Both the position numbers and the translations under genes were made by a program. The notes under the pieces are model-generated. The model ran no database searches. It worked only from the letters and a program-made list of their open reading frames with translations, and was not told where the DNA came from. From positions 51,088,001 to 51,152,000 of the forward strand of contig OZ360247.1 of NCBI GenBank assembly GCA_977017645.1: 64,000 nt of DNA, written 5' to 3'. The stretch comes from Torpedo marmorata. Its lineage: Eukaryota. Position 1 is the first letter of the stretch; each line of letters opens with the position of its first letter. Shown here in pieces: positions 1 to 13,700 of this stretch.

Positions 1-638
1 CATTCCCAGTCTCGTTGAAGGGTTCTGGCCTGAAACGTTGGCCATTCTTTCCCTCCCACTGTTGCTGCTCGACCCGCTGAGTTCCTCCAGCAGCAGATTG
101 CGTTTAGCTTAGGAATCAGCCATGTCAGCATGGGTCTGGAGTCGCATTTATGTCATTGTTCTGATGAAGGGTCTCAGACCTGACAGGTTAACTCTGTGTC
201 TCTTTCCACAGACGTTGACTGACCTGCTGTGTGTTTCCAGCATTTTCTGTTTTTATTTCACGTTTATCTCAAACAGCAGAAAGCAGAAAATTGCTTTCCA
301 ACAGCACCCTCGTGAACTGATTGGATGCTTATAAAAAGTTGACGGTTTAATGCTCACTTTTATTTTACCTTCTCTCCTTTAAGATGAATCTGAATTCATG
401 AGCTATTGTGACAGGAGTCAGCCTCATATTTTCTGAATGACTTATCTAGCAGCGTAACCACTCCAAAGTGTCTGTCATCTCGTCTCAATCACAAGCACGG
501 TGTTGTGTTGGATTGACACCAGCCAGTATTGATGACAAAGATGGGGGTCTTTCAGTCACCAACTTGAGGCATTTATTTTGGGGTACATGAGCCTCTCCTC
601 ACCTTCTCATTGACCCCAGTCTCTTTCTTCCATTGCAG

Positions 639-877
639 ACCCGTCTTTACCGTCCGTACCTGCCAGGTTCCCCCCTCCCTTGACCTCCAAGTTGACCTAC
701 ATGAACAGCACCTTCCGAGTTATCCAGAAGCCCCTCACGTGGCAAGAGGCTGCCTGGCTGTGCGAAACTCGAAACGAAACCCTGGTCACCGTGGTGGACC
801 CCTACCACCAGGCCTACCTGACACAGGTGGTCAACAGTGTCCAGCTGCCCCTCTGGATTGGACTCTCCAATGAAGAG
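639..877 (+). CDS. MRC2: MRC2 coding exon (linker and first half of CTLD7); gene continues upstream of the window
   Basis: Acceptor ttccattgcag, donor GAG|gtaact. Translates (D)PSLPSVPARFPPSLTSKLTYMNSTFRVIQKPLTWQEAAWLCETRNETLVTVVDPYHQAYLTQVVNSVQLPLWIGLSNEE, which matches my recollection of mammalian MRC2 (LSYLNGTFRLLQKPLRW...DPYTQAFLTQ...PLWIGL). Phase 1 to 0. Confidence 0.93.
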
Positions 878-892
878 GTAACTCCAGTTCCC

Positions 893-1398
893 AAGCACTT
901 GGTCTATTGCGAGGAGTTTTGGGCCCCATATCGAAGGATGATCCCGGGGATGAGAGGGTTAATGTATGAGGAGCGTTTGATGGCTCTGGGACTGTACTCA
1001 CTGAAGTTTAGAAGGATGAGGTGGGGATCTCATTGAAACATTCCGAAGATTGAAAGGAATGGATAGAGTGGATGTGGAGAAGATGTTTCCAGTAGTGGGA
1101 GAGTCTGGGACCAGAGGGCACAGCCTCAGAATAAAAGGCCGTCCATTTAGAACAGAGATGAGGAAAAGTTTCTTCAGCCAGAGGGTGGAATCAGTTGCCA
1201 CATGGGGCCGTGGAGGCCAAGTCTTTGGATAGATATAAAGCAGAGGTTGATAGGACCTTGGTTACTGAGGGTGTCGAAGGGTATGGGCCAAAAGCAGGAG
1301 AAAGGGGTTGAGAGGCAAAATACATTAGCCATGATTTGAATGATGAGGCAGACTCGATGGGCCGAAGGCACAATTCTGCTCCAACGCTATATGGTCTG
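893..1398 (+). mobile_element. CR1 LINE 3' fragment
   Basis: Decayed HLxYCxxFWAP...MIPGMRGLMYEERL...LGLYSL...RRMRG and GHSLRIKGRPFRTEMRKSFFSQRV, the CR1 ORF2 C-terminus, followed by the 3' UTR. Confidence 0.85.
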
Positions 1399-1755
1399 GC
1401 ACTTGTATCCGATTGTGATCCTTCGATCTGCATGGTCGTTGATAGTGACTGGTGAATAATTTCAGGTAGAAGGGAGATTGGAGATGCAATGTGACTTTGA
1501 GGGGATTACCGTGAACTGTGCGGTGGAGCAACAGCTCGGTCTAAATAGCAAATGCCAGAATTTCTGAAGTATCCAGACGAGAACTTGAATCACCAAGGCA
1601 TGGAAGGCAAACCAAGCCATACATGTTGATAAACGGGATGAGTATAGATGGGTGTTTGATGGTCAGGACGCATGAGATGGGCCATGGGACCATTTTCAAT
1701 GCTGCATCACACAATGATTCGTGACAGTTTTGATCACGTCACTGTGTGAAAACCA

Positions 1756-4700
1756 CCCCCCCCCACGTTACAGATCAGTGAATCCCCCCCCCCACGTTAC
1801 AGATCAGTGAATCCCCCCCCCAGTTACAGAGCAGTAAATCCACCCCCAGGTTACAGAGCAGTGAATCCCCCCCCCCCACGTTACAGATCAGTGAATCCCC
1901 CCCCCACGTTACAGATCAGTGAATCCCCCCCCCATGTTACAGATCAGTGAATCCACCCCCAGGTTACAGAGCAGTGAATCCCCCCCCCATGTTACAGATC
2001 AGTGAATCCCCCCCCCAGGTTACAGATCAGTGAATCCCCCCCCCAGTTACAGATCAGTGAATCCCCCCCCCAGGTTACAGATCAGTGAATCCCCCCCCCA
2101 GTTACAGATCAGTGAATCCCCCCCCCAGTTACAGATCAGTGAATCCCCCCCCAGTTACAGATCAGTGAACTCCCCCCCAGTTACAGATCAGTGAATCCCC
2201 CCCCCAGTTACAGATCAGTGAATCCCCCCCAGTTACAGATCAGTGAATCCCCCCCAGTTACAGATCAGTGAATCCCCCCCAGTTACAGATCAGTGAATCC
2301 CCCCCCAGTTACAGATCAGTGAATCCCCCCCCCCAGTTACAGATCAGTGAATCCCCCCCAGTTACAGATCAGTGAATCCCCCCCAGTTACAGATCAGTGA
2401 ATCCCCCCCCAGTTACAGATCAGTGAATCCCCCCCAGTTACAGATCAGTGAATCCCCCCCCAGTTACAGATCAGTGAATCCCCCCCCCCAGTTACAGATC
2501 AGTGAATCCCCCCCAGTTACAGATCAGTGAATCCCCCCCAGTTACAGATCAGTGAATCCCCCCCCAGTTACAGATCAGTGAATCCCCCCCCAGTTACAGA
2601 TCAGTGAATCCCCCCCAGTTACAGATCAGTGAATCCCCCCCCCAGTTACAGATCAGTGAATCCCCCCCCCCAGTTACAGATCAGTGAATCCCCCCCCCAG
2701 TTACAGATCAGTGAATCCACCCCAGTTACAGATCAGTGAATCCCCCCCCCAGTTACAGATCAGTGAATCCCCCCCAGTTACAGATCAGTGAATCCCCCCC
2801 CAGTTACAGATCAGTGAATCCCCCCCCCAGTTACAGATCAGTGAATCCCCCCCCAGTTACAGATCAGTGAATCCCCCCCCCAGTTACAGATCAGTGAATC
2901 CCCCCCCCAGTTACAGATCAGTGAATCCACCCCAGTTACAGATCAGTGAATCCCCCCCCCAGTTACAGATCAGTGAATCCCCCCCAGTTACAGATCAGTG
3001 AATCCCCCCCCCAGTTACAGATCAGTGAATCCCCCCCAGTTACAGATCAGTGAATCCCCCCCCCCCAGTTACAGATCAGTGAATCCCCCCCCCAGTTACA
3101 GATCAGTGAATCCCCCCCAGTTACAGATCAGTGAATCCCCCCCAGTTACAGATCAGTGAATCCCCCCAGTTACAGATCAGTGAATCCCCCCCCCAGTTAC
3201 AGATCAGTGAATCCCCCCCCAGTTACAGATCAGTGAATCCCCCCCCCAGTTACAGATCAGTGAATCCACCCCAGTTACAGATCAGTGAATCCCCCCCAGT
3301 TACAGATCAGTGAATCCCCCCCCAGTTACAGATCAGTGAATCCCCCCCAGTTACAGATCAGTGAATCCCCCCCAGTTACAGATCAGTGAATCCCCCCCCA
3401 GTTACAGATCAGTGAATCCCCCCCCCCAGTTACAGATCAGTGAATCCACCCCAGTTACAGATCAGTGAATCCCCCCCAGTTACAGATCAGTGAATCCCCC
3501 CCCCAGTTACAGATCAGTGAATCCACCCCAGTTACAGATCAGTGAATCCCCCCCAGTTACAGATCAGTGAATCCCCCCCCAGTTACAGATCAGTGAATCC
3601 CCCCCAGTTACAGATCAGTGAATCCCCCCCCCAGTTACAGATCAGTGAATCCCCCCCCAGTTACAGATCAGTGAATCCCCCCCCAGTTACAGATCAGTGA
3701 ATCCCCCCCCAGTTACAGATCAGTGAATCCCCCCCCAGTTACAGATCAGTGAATCCCCCCCCCAGTTACAGATCAGTGAATCCCCCCCCAGTTACAGATC
3801 AGTGAATCCCCCCCCCAGTTACAGATCAGTGAATCCCCCCCAGTTACAGATCAGTGAATCCCCCCCCAGTTACAGATCAGTGAATCCCCCCCAGTTACAG
3901 ATCAGTGAATCCCCCCCCAGTTACAGATCAGTGAATCCCCCCCCCAGTTACAGATCAGTGAATCCCCCCCCCAGTTACAGATCAGTGAATCCCCCCCCAG
4001 TTACAGATCAGTGAATCCCCCCCAGTTACAGATCAGTGAATCCCCCCCCAGTTACAGATCAGTGAATCCCCTCCCCAGTTACAGATCAGTGAATCCCCCC
4101 CAGTTACAGATCAGTGAATCCCCCCCAGTTACAGATCAGTGAATCCCCCCCAGTTACAGATCAGTGAATCCCCCCCCAGTTACAGATCAGTGAATCCCCC
4201 CCCCAGTTACAGATCAGTGAATCCCCCCCCCCCCAGTTACAGATCAGTGAATCCCCCCCCCAGTTACAGATCAGTGAATCCCCCCCCAGTTACAGATCAG
4301 TGAATCCACCCCAGTTACAGATCAGTGAATCCCCCCCCAGTTACAGATCAGTGAATCCCCCCCCCCAGTTACAGATCAGTGAATCCCCCCCCCCCAGTTA
4401 CAGATCAGTGAATCCCCCCCCAGTTACAGATCAGTGAATCCCCCCCCCAGTTACAGATCAGTGAATCCCCCCCAGTTACAGATCAGTGAATCCCCCCCAG
4501 TTACAGATCAGTGAATCCCCCCCCAGTTACAGATCAGTGAATCCCCCCCCCAGTTACAGATCAGTGAATCCCCCCCAGTTACAGATCAGTGAATCCCCCC
4601 CCAGTTACAGATCAGTGAATCCCCCCCCCAGTTACAGATCAGTGAATCCCCCCCCCAGTTACAGATCAGTGAATCCCCCCCCAGTTACAGATCAGTGAAT

Positions 4701-7700
4701 CCCCCCCCAGTTACAGATCAGTGAATCCCCCCCAGTTACAGATCAGTGAATCCCCCCCCCAGTTACAGATCAGTGAATCCCCCCCAGTTACAGATCAGTG
4801 AATCCCCCCCAGTTACAGATCAGTGAATCCCCCCCCCCAGTTACAGATCAGTGAACCCCCCCCCCCAGTTACAGATCAGTGAATCCCCCCCCCAGTTACA
4901 GATCAGTGAATCCCCCCCCAGTTACAGATCAGTGAATCCCCCCCAGTTACAGATCAGTGAATCCCCCCCCAGTTACAGATCAGTGAATCCCCCCCAGTTA
5001 CAGATCAGTGAATCCTCCCCAGTTACAGATCAGTGAATCCCCCCCCCAGTTACAGATCAGTGAATCCCCCCCCAGTTACAGATCAGTGAATCCCCCCCAG
5101 TTACAGATCAGTGAATCCCCCCCCCAGTTACAGATCAGTGAATCCACCCCAGTTACAGATCAGTGAATCCCCCCCAGTTACAGATCAGTGAATCCTCCCC
5201 AGTTACAGATCAGTGAATCCCCCCCCAGTTACAGATCAGTGAATCCCCCCCAGTTACAGATCAGTGAATCCCCCCCAGTTACAGATCAGTGAATCCCCCC
5301 CCAGTTACAGATCAGTGAATCCCCCCCCCAGTTACAGATCAGTGAATCCCCCCCAGTTACAGATCAGTGAATCCCCCCCCCAGTTACAGATCAGTGAATC
5401 ACCCCCAGTTACAGATCAGTGAATCCCCCCCCCAGTTACAGATCAGTGAATCCCCCCCAGTTACAGATCAGTGAATCCCCCCCCCAGTTACAGATCAGTG
5501 AATCCACCCCAGTTACAGATCAGTGAATCCCCCCCCCAGTTACAGATCAGTGAATCCCCCCCAGTTACAGATCAGTGAATCCCCCCCCCAGTTACAGATC
5601 AGTGAATCCCCCCCAGTTACAGATCAGTGAATCCCCCCCCAGTTACAGATCAGTGAATCCCCCCCAGTTACAGATCAGTGAATCCCCCCCCCAGTTACAG
5701 ATCAGTGAATCCCCCCCAGTTACAGATCAGTGAATCCCCCCCAGTTACAGATCAGTGAATCCCCCCCCCAGTTACAGATCAGTGAATCCCCCCCCCAGTT
5801 ACAGATCAGTGAATCCCCCCCAGTTACAGATCAGTGAATCCCCCCCCCAGTTACAGATCAGTGAATCCCCCCCAGTTACAGATCAGTGAATCCGCCACAG
5901 TTACAGATCAGTGAATCCCCCCCCAGTTACAGATCAGTGAATCCCCCCCAGTTACAGATCAGTGAATCCCCCCCCCCAGTTACAGATCAGTGAATCCCCC
6001 CCAGTTACAGATCAGTGAATCCCCCCCCAGTTACAGATCAGTGAATCCCCCCCCAGTTACAGATCAGTGAATCCCCCCCAGTTACAGATCAGTGAATCCC
6101 CCCCAGTTACAGATCAGTGAATCCCCCCCAGTTACAGATCAGTGAATCCCCCCCCAGTTACAGATCAGTGAATCCCCCCCCCAGTTACAGATCAGTGAAT
6201 CCCCCCAGTTACAGATCAGTGAATCCCCCCCCCCAGTTACAGATCAGTGAATCCCCCCCCAGTTACAGATCAGTGAATCCCCCCCCAGTTACAGATCAGT
6301 GAATCCCCCCCAGTTACAGATCAGTGAATCCCCCCCAGTTACAGATCAGTGAATCCCCCCCAGTTACAGATCAGTGAATCCCCCCCCCAGTTACAGATCA
6401 GTGAATCCCCCCCAGTTACAGATCAGTGAATCCCCCCCCAGTTACAGATCAGTGAATCCCCCCCAGTTACAGATCAGTGAATCCCCCCCCAGTTACAGAT
6501 CAGTGAATCCCCCCCCAGTTACAGATCAGTGAATCCCCCCCAGTTACAGATCAGTGAATCCCCCCCAGTTACAGATCAGTGAATCCCCCCCCCAGTTACA
6601 GATCAGTGAATCCCCCCCCCCAGTTACAGATCAGTGAATCCCCTCCCCAGTTACAGATCAGTGAATCCCCCCCCAGTTACAGATCAGTGAATCCCCCCAG
6701 TTACAGATCAGTGAATCCCCCCCCAGTTACAGATCAGTGAATCCCCCCCAGTTACAGATCAGTGAATCCCCCCCCCAGTTACAGATCAGTGAATCCCCCC
6801 CAGTTACAGATCAGTGAATCCCCCCCCCAGTTACAGATCAGTGAATCCCCCCCCCAGTTACAGATCAGTGAACCCCCCCCCAGTTACAGATCAGTGAATC
6901 CCCCCCCCAGTTACAGATCAGTGAATCCCCCCCCAGTTACAGATCAGTGAATCCCCCCCAGTTACAGATCAGTGAATCCCCCCCCCAGTAACAGATCAGT
7001 GAATCCCCCCCCCAGTTACAGATCAGTGAATCCCCCCCCCAGTTACAGATCAGTGAATCCCCCCCAGTTACAGATCAGTGAATCCCCCCCCATGTTACAG
7101 ATCAGTGAATCCCCCCCAGTTACAGATCAGTGAATCCCCCCCCCCAGTTACAGATCAGTGAATCCCCCCCAGTTACAGATCAGTGAATCCCCCCCCAGTT
7201 ACAGATCAGTGAATCCCCCCCCAGTTACAGATCAGTGAACCCCCCCCCAGTTACAGATCAGTGAATCCCCCCAGTTACAGATCAGTGAATCCCCCCCCAG
7301 TTACAGATCAGTGAATCCCCCCCCCAGTTACAGATCAGTGAATCCCCCCCCATGTTACAGATCAGTGAATCCCCCCCAGTTACAGATCAGTGAATCCCCC
7401 CAGTTACAGATCAGTGAATCCCCCCCCCCAGTTACAGATCAGTGAATCCCCCCCCCAGTTACAGATCAGTGAATCCCCCCCAGTTACAGATCAGTGAATC
7501 CCCCCCCCAGTTACAGATCAGTGAATCCCCCCCCAGTTACAGATCAGTGAATCCCCCCCCCGTTACAGATCAGTGAATCCCCCCCAGTTACAGATCAGTG
7601 AATCCCCCCCCCAGTTACAGATCAGTGAATCCCCCCCCCAGTTACAGATCAGTGAATCCCCCCCAGTTACAGATCAGTGAATCCCCCCCCAGTTACAGAT

Positions 7701-10700
7701 CAGTGAATCCCCCCCCAGTTACAGATCAGTGAATCCCCCCCAGTTACAGATCAGTGAATCCCCCCCAGTTACAGATCAGTGAATCCCCCCCAGTTACAGA
7801 TCAGTGAATCCCCCCCAGTTACAGATCAGTGAATCCCCCCCAGTTACAGATCAGTGAATCCCCCCCAGTTACAGATCAGTGAATCCCCCCCAGTTACAGA
7901 TCAGTGAATCCCCCCCAGTTACAGATCAGTGAATCCCCCCCAGTTACAGATCAGTGAATCCCCCCCAGTTACAGATCAGTGAATCCCCCCCAGTTACAGA
8001 TCAGTGAATCCCCCCCAGTTACAGATCAGTGAATCCCCCCCCCCGTTACAGATCAGTGAATCCCCCCCCCAGTTACAGATCAGTGAATCCCCCCCCAGTT
8101 ACAGATCAGTGAATCCCCCCCCAGTTACAGATCAGTGAATCCCCCCCAGTTACAGATCAGTGAATCCCCCCCCCAGTTACAGATCAGTGAATCCCCCCCC
8201 CAGTTACAGATCAGTGAATCCCCCCCAGTTACAGATCAGTGAACCTCCCCCCCAGTTACAGATCAGTGAATCCCCCCCCCAGTTACAGATCAGTGAATCC
8301 CCCCCCCAGTTACAGATCAGTGAATCCCCCCCAGTTACAGATCAGTGAATCCCCCCCAGTTACAGATCAGTGAATCCCCCCCAGTTACAGATCAGTGAAT
8401 CCCCCCCAGTTACAGATCAGTGAATCCCCCCCAGTTACAGATCAGTGAATCCCCCCCACGTTACAGATCAGTGAATCCCCCCCCCAGTTACAGATCAGTG
8501 AATCCCCCCCCCAGTTACAGATCAGTGAATCCCCCCCCCAGTTACAGATCAGTGAATCCCCCCCCCCAGTTACAGATCAGTGAATCCCCCCCCAGTTACA
8601 GATCAGTGAATCCCCCCCAGTTACAGATCAGTGAATCCCCCCCCCAGTTACAGATCAGTGAATCCCCCCCAGTTACAGATCAGTGAATCCCCCCCACGTT
8701 ACAGATCAGTGAATCCCCCCCCCCAGTTACAGATCAGTGAATCCCCCCCAGTTACAGATCAGTGAATCCCCCCCACGTTACAGATCAGTGAATCCCCCCC
8801 CCAGTTACAGATCAGTGAATCCCCCCCAGTTACAGATCAGTGAATCCCCCCCCAGTTACAGATCAGTGAATCCCCCCCCAGTTACAGATCAGTGAATCCC
8901 CCCCAGTTACAGATCAGTGAATCCCCCCCAGTTACAGATCAGTGAATCCCCCCCCAGTTACAGATCAGTGAATCCCCCCCAGTTACAGATCAGTGAATCC
9001 CCCCCCCAGTTACAGATCAGTGAATCCCCCCCCAGTTACAGATCAGTGAATCCCCCCCCAGTTACAGATCAGTGAATCCCCCCCAGTTACAGATCAGTGA
9101 ATCCCCCCCACGTTACAGATCAGTGAATCCCCCCCAGTTACAGATCAGTGAATCCCCCCCCAGTTACAGATCAGTGAATCCCCCCCCAGTTACAGATCAG
9201 TGAATCCCCCCCCAGTTACAGATCAGTGAATCCCCCCCAGTTACAGATCAGTGAATCCCCCCCACGTTACAGATCAGTGAATCCCCCCCCAGTTACAGAT
9301 CAGTGAATCCCCCCCAGTTACAGATCAGTGAATCCCCCCCCAGTTACAGATCAGTGAATCCCCCCCAGTTACAGATCAGTGAATCCCCCCCCCAGTTACA
9401 GATCAGTGAATCCCCCCCCAGTTACAGATCAGTGAATCCCCCCCCAGTTACAGATCAGTGAATCCCCCCCAGTTACAGATCAGTGAATCCCCCCCACGTT
9501 ACAGATCAGTGAATCCCCCCCACGTTACAGATCAGTGAATCCCCCCCCAGTTACAGATCAGTGAATCCCCCCCCAGTTACAGATCAGTGAATCCCCCCCA
9601 GTTACAGATCAGTGAATCCCCCCCCCCAGTTACAGATCAGTGAATCCCCCCCCAGTTACAGATCAGTGAATCCCCCCCCCCAGTTACAGATCAGTGAATC
9701 CCCCCCCCAGTTACAGATCAGTGAATCCCCCCCCCCAGTTACAGATCAGTGAATCCCCCCCAGTTACAGATCAGTGAATCCCCCCCCCAGTTACAGATCA
9801 GTGAATCCCCCCCCAGTTACAGATCAGTGAATCCCCCCCCCAGTTACAGATCAGTGAATCCCCCCCCCCCAGTTACAGATCAGTGAATCCCCCCCCCAGT
9901 TACAGATCAGTGAATCCCCCCCAGTTACAGATCAGTGAATCCCCCCCCAGTTACAGATCAGTGAATCCCCCCCCAGTTACAGATCAGTGAATCCCCCCCC
10001 CAGTTACAGATCAGTGAATCCCCCCCCCAGTTACAGATCAGTGAATCCCCCCCAGTTACAGATCAGTGAATCCCCCCCCCAGTTACAGATCAGTGAATCC
10101 CCCCCAGTTACAGATCAGTGAATCCCCCCAGTTACAGATCAGTGAATCCCCCCCAGTTACAGATCAGTGAATCCCCCCCCAGTTACAGATCAGTGAATCC
10201 CCCCCCAGTTACAGATCAGTGAATCCCCCCCAGTTACAGATCAGTGAATCCCCCCAGTTACAGATCAGTGAATCCCCCCCCCAGTTACAGATCAGTGAAT
10301 CCCCCCCAGTTACAGATCAGTGAATCCCCCCCCAGTTACAGATCAGTGAATCCCCCCCCCCAGTTACAGATCAGTGAATCCCCCCCCCCAGTTACAGATC
10401 AGTGAATCCCCCCCAGTTACAGATCAGTGAATCCCCCCCCCAGTTACAGATCAGTGAATCCCCCCCAGTTACAGATCAGTGAATCCCCCCAGTTACAGAT
10501 CAGTGAATCCCCCCCAGTTACAGATCAGTGAATCCCCCCCAGTTACAGATCAGTGAATCCCCCCCAGTTACAGATCAGTGAATCCCCCCCCAGTTACAGA
10601 TCAGTGAATCCCCCCCCCAGTTACAGATCAGTGAATCCCCCCCCAGTTACAGATCAGTGAATCCCCCCCAGTTACAGATCAGTGAATCCCCCCCCCCAGT

Positions 10701-13700
10701 TACAGATCAGTGAATCCCCCCCCCAGTTACAGATCAGTGAATCCCCCCCCCAGTTACAGATCAGTGAATCCCCCCCCCAGTTACAGATCAGTGAATCCCC
10801 CCCCCCAGTTACAGATCAGTGAATCCCCCCCAGTTACAGATCAGTGAATCCCCCCCAGTTACAGATCAGTGAATCCCCCCCCCAGTTACAGATCAGTGAA
10901 TCCCCCCCAGTTACTGATCAGTGAATCCCCCCCAGTTACAGATCAGTGAATCCCCCCCCCCAGTTACAGATCAGTGAATCCCCCCCCAGTTACAGATCAG
11001 TGAATCCCCCCCAGTTACAGATCAGTGAATCCCCCCCCAGTTACAGATCAGTGAATTCCCCCCCCAGTTACAGATCAGTGAATCCCCCCCAGTTACAGAT
11101 CAGTGAATCCCCCCCCAGTTACAGATCAGTGAATCCCCCCCCAGTTACAGATCAGTGAATCCCCCCCAGTTACAGATCAGTGAATCCCCCCCAGTTACAG
11201 ATCAGTGAATCCCCCCAGTTACAGATCAGTGAATCCCCCCCAGTTACAGATCAGTGAATCCCCCCCCCAGTTACAGATCAGTGAATCCCCCCCAGTTACA
11301 GATCAGTGAATCCCCCCCCCAGTTACAGATCAGTGAATCCCCCCCAGTTACAGATCAGTGAATCCCCCCAGTTACAGAGCAGTGAATCCCCCCCAGTTAC
11401 AGATCAGTGAATCCCCCCCAGTTACAGATCAGTGAATCCCCCCCAGTTACAGATCAGTGAATCCCCCCCCCAGTTACAGATCAGTGAATCCCCCCCAGTT
11501 ACAGATCAGTGAATCCCCCCCCAGTTACAGATCAGTGAATCCCCCCCAGTTACAGATCAGTGAATCCCCCCCCCAGTTACAGATCAGTGAATCCCCCCCC
11601 CAGTTACAGATCAGTGAATCCCCCCCCCAGTTACAGATCAGTGAATCCCCCCCCAGTTACAGATCAGTGAATCCCCCCCAGTTACAGATCAGTGAATCCC
11701 CCCCAGTTACAGATCAGTGAATCCCCCCAGTTACAGAGCAGTGAATCCCCCCCAGTTACAGATCAGTGAATCCCCCCCCCGTTACAGATCAGTGAATCCC
11801 CCCCCAGTTACAGATCAGTGAATCCCCCCCCAGTTACAGATCAGTGAATCCCCCCCCCAGTTACAGATCAGTGAATCCCCCCCCAGTTACAGATCAGTGA
11901 ATCCCCCCCCATGTTACAGATCAGTGAATCCCCCCCCCAGTTACAGATCAGTGAATCCCCCCCCCAGTTACAGATCAGTGAATCCCCCCCCCAGTTACAG
12001 ATCAGTGAATCCCCCCCCCCAGTTACAGATCAGTGAATCCCCCCCAGTTACAGATCAGTGAATCCCCCCCCCAGTTACAGATCAGTGAATCCCCCCCCCG
12101 TTACAGATCAGTGAATCCCCCCCCCCAGTTACAGATCAGTGAATCCCCCCCAGTTACAGATCAGTGAATCCCCCCCCAGTTACAGATCAGTGAACCCCCC
12201 CCCCAGTTACAGATCAGTGAATCCCCCCCAGTTACAGATCAGTGAATCCCCCCCAGTTACAGATCAGTGAATCCCCCCCCCAGTTACAGATCAGTGAATC
12301 CCCCCCCCAGTTACAGATCAGTGAATCCCCCCCAGTTACAGATCAGTGAATCCCCCCCCCAGTTACAGATCAGTGAATCCCCCCCAGTTACAGATCAGTG
12401 AATCCCCCCCCAGTTACAGATCAGTGAATCCCCCCCCCCAGTTACAGATCAGTGAATCCCCCCCAGTTACAGATCAGTGAATCCCCCCCCAGTTACAGAT
12501 CAGTGAATCCCCCCCCCCAGTTACAGATCAGTGAACCCCCCCCCGTTACAGATCAGTGAATCCCCCCCCCAATTACAGATCAGTGAATCCCCCCCAGTTA
12601 CAGATCAGTGAATCCCCCCCCAGTTACAGATCAGTGAATCCCCCCCCCCCAGTTACAGATCAGTGAATCCCCCCCCAGTTACAGATCAGTGAATCCCCCC
12701 CCCCAGTTACAGATCAGTGAATCCCCCCCCAGTTACAGATCAGTGAATCCCCCCCCAGTTACAGATCAGTGAATCCCCCCCCAGTTACAGATCAGTGAAT
12801 CCCCCCCCAGTTACAGATCAGTGAATCCCCCCCCAGTTACAGATCAGTGAATCCCCCCCCCAGTTACAGATCAGTGAATCCCCCCCAGTTACAGATCAGT
12901 GAATCCCCCCCCCAGTTACAGATCAGTGAATCCCCCCCCCAGTTACAGATCAGTGAATCCCCCCCAGTTACAGATCAGTGAATCCCCCCCCCCAGTTACA
13001 GATCAGTGAATCCCCCCCCCCAGTTACAGATCAGTGAATCCCCCCCCCGTTACAGATCAGTGAATCCCCCCCCAGTTACAGATCAGTGAATCCCCCCCAG
13101 TTACAGATCAGTGAATCCCCCCCAGTTACAGATCAGTGAATCCCCCCCCAGTTACAGATCAGTGAATCCCCCCCCGTTACAGATCAGTGAATCCCCCCCC
13201 AGTTACAGATCAGTGAATCCCCCCCCAGTTACAGATCAGTGAATCCCCCCCAGATACAGATCAGTGAATCCCCCCCCAGTTACAGATCAGTGAATCCCCC
13301 CCAGTTACAGATCAGTGAATCCCCCCCCAGTTACAGATCAGTGAATCCCCCCCCAGTTACAGATCAGTGAATCCCCCCCAGTTACAGATCAGTGAATCCC
13401 CCCCAGTTACAGATCAGTGAATCCCCCCCAGTTACAGATCAGTGAATCCCCCCCAGTTACAGATCAGTGAATCCCCCCCCCCAGTTACAGATCAGTGAAT
13501 CCCCCCCCCAGTTACAGATCAGTGAATCCCCCCCAGTTACAGATCAGTGAATCCCCCCCCAGTTACAGATCAGTGAATCCCCCCAGTTACAGATCAGTGA
13601 ATCCCCCCCCCAGTTACAGATCAGTGAATCCCCCCCCAGTTACAGATCAGTGAATCCCCCCCAGTTACAGATCAGTGAATCCCCCCCCAGTTACAGATCA

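Noticed and set aside
878-1036. ORF extension of the MRC2 exon into CR1-like residues
   Set aside because: A canonical donor at 878 gives the correct phase to the next exon; the read-through is incidental.
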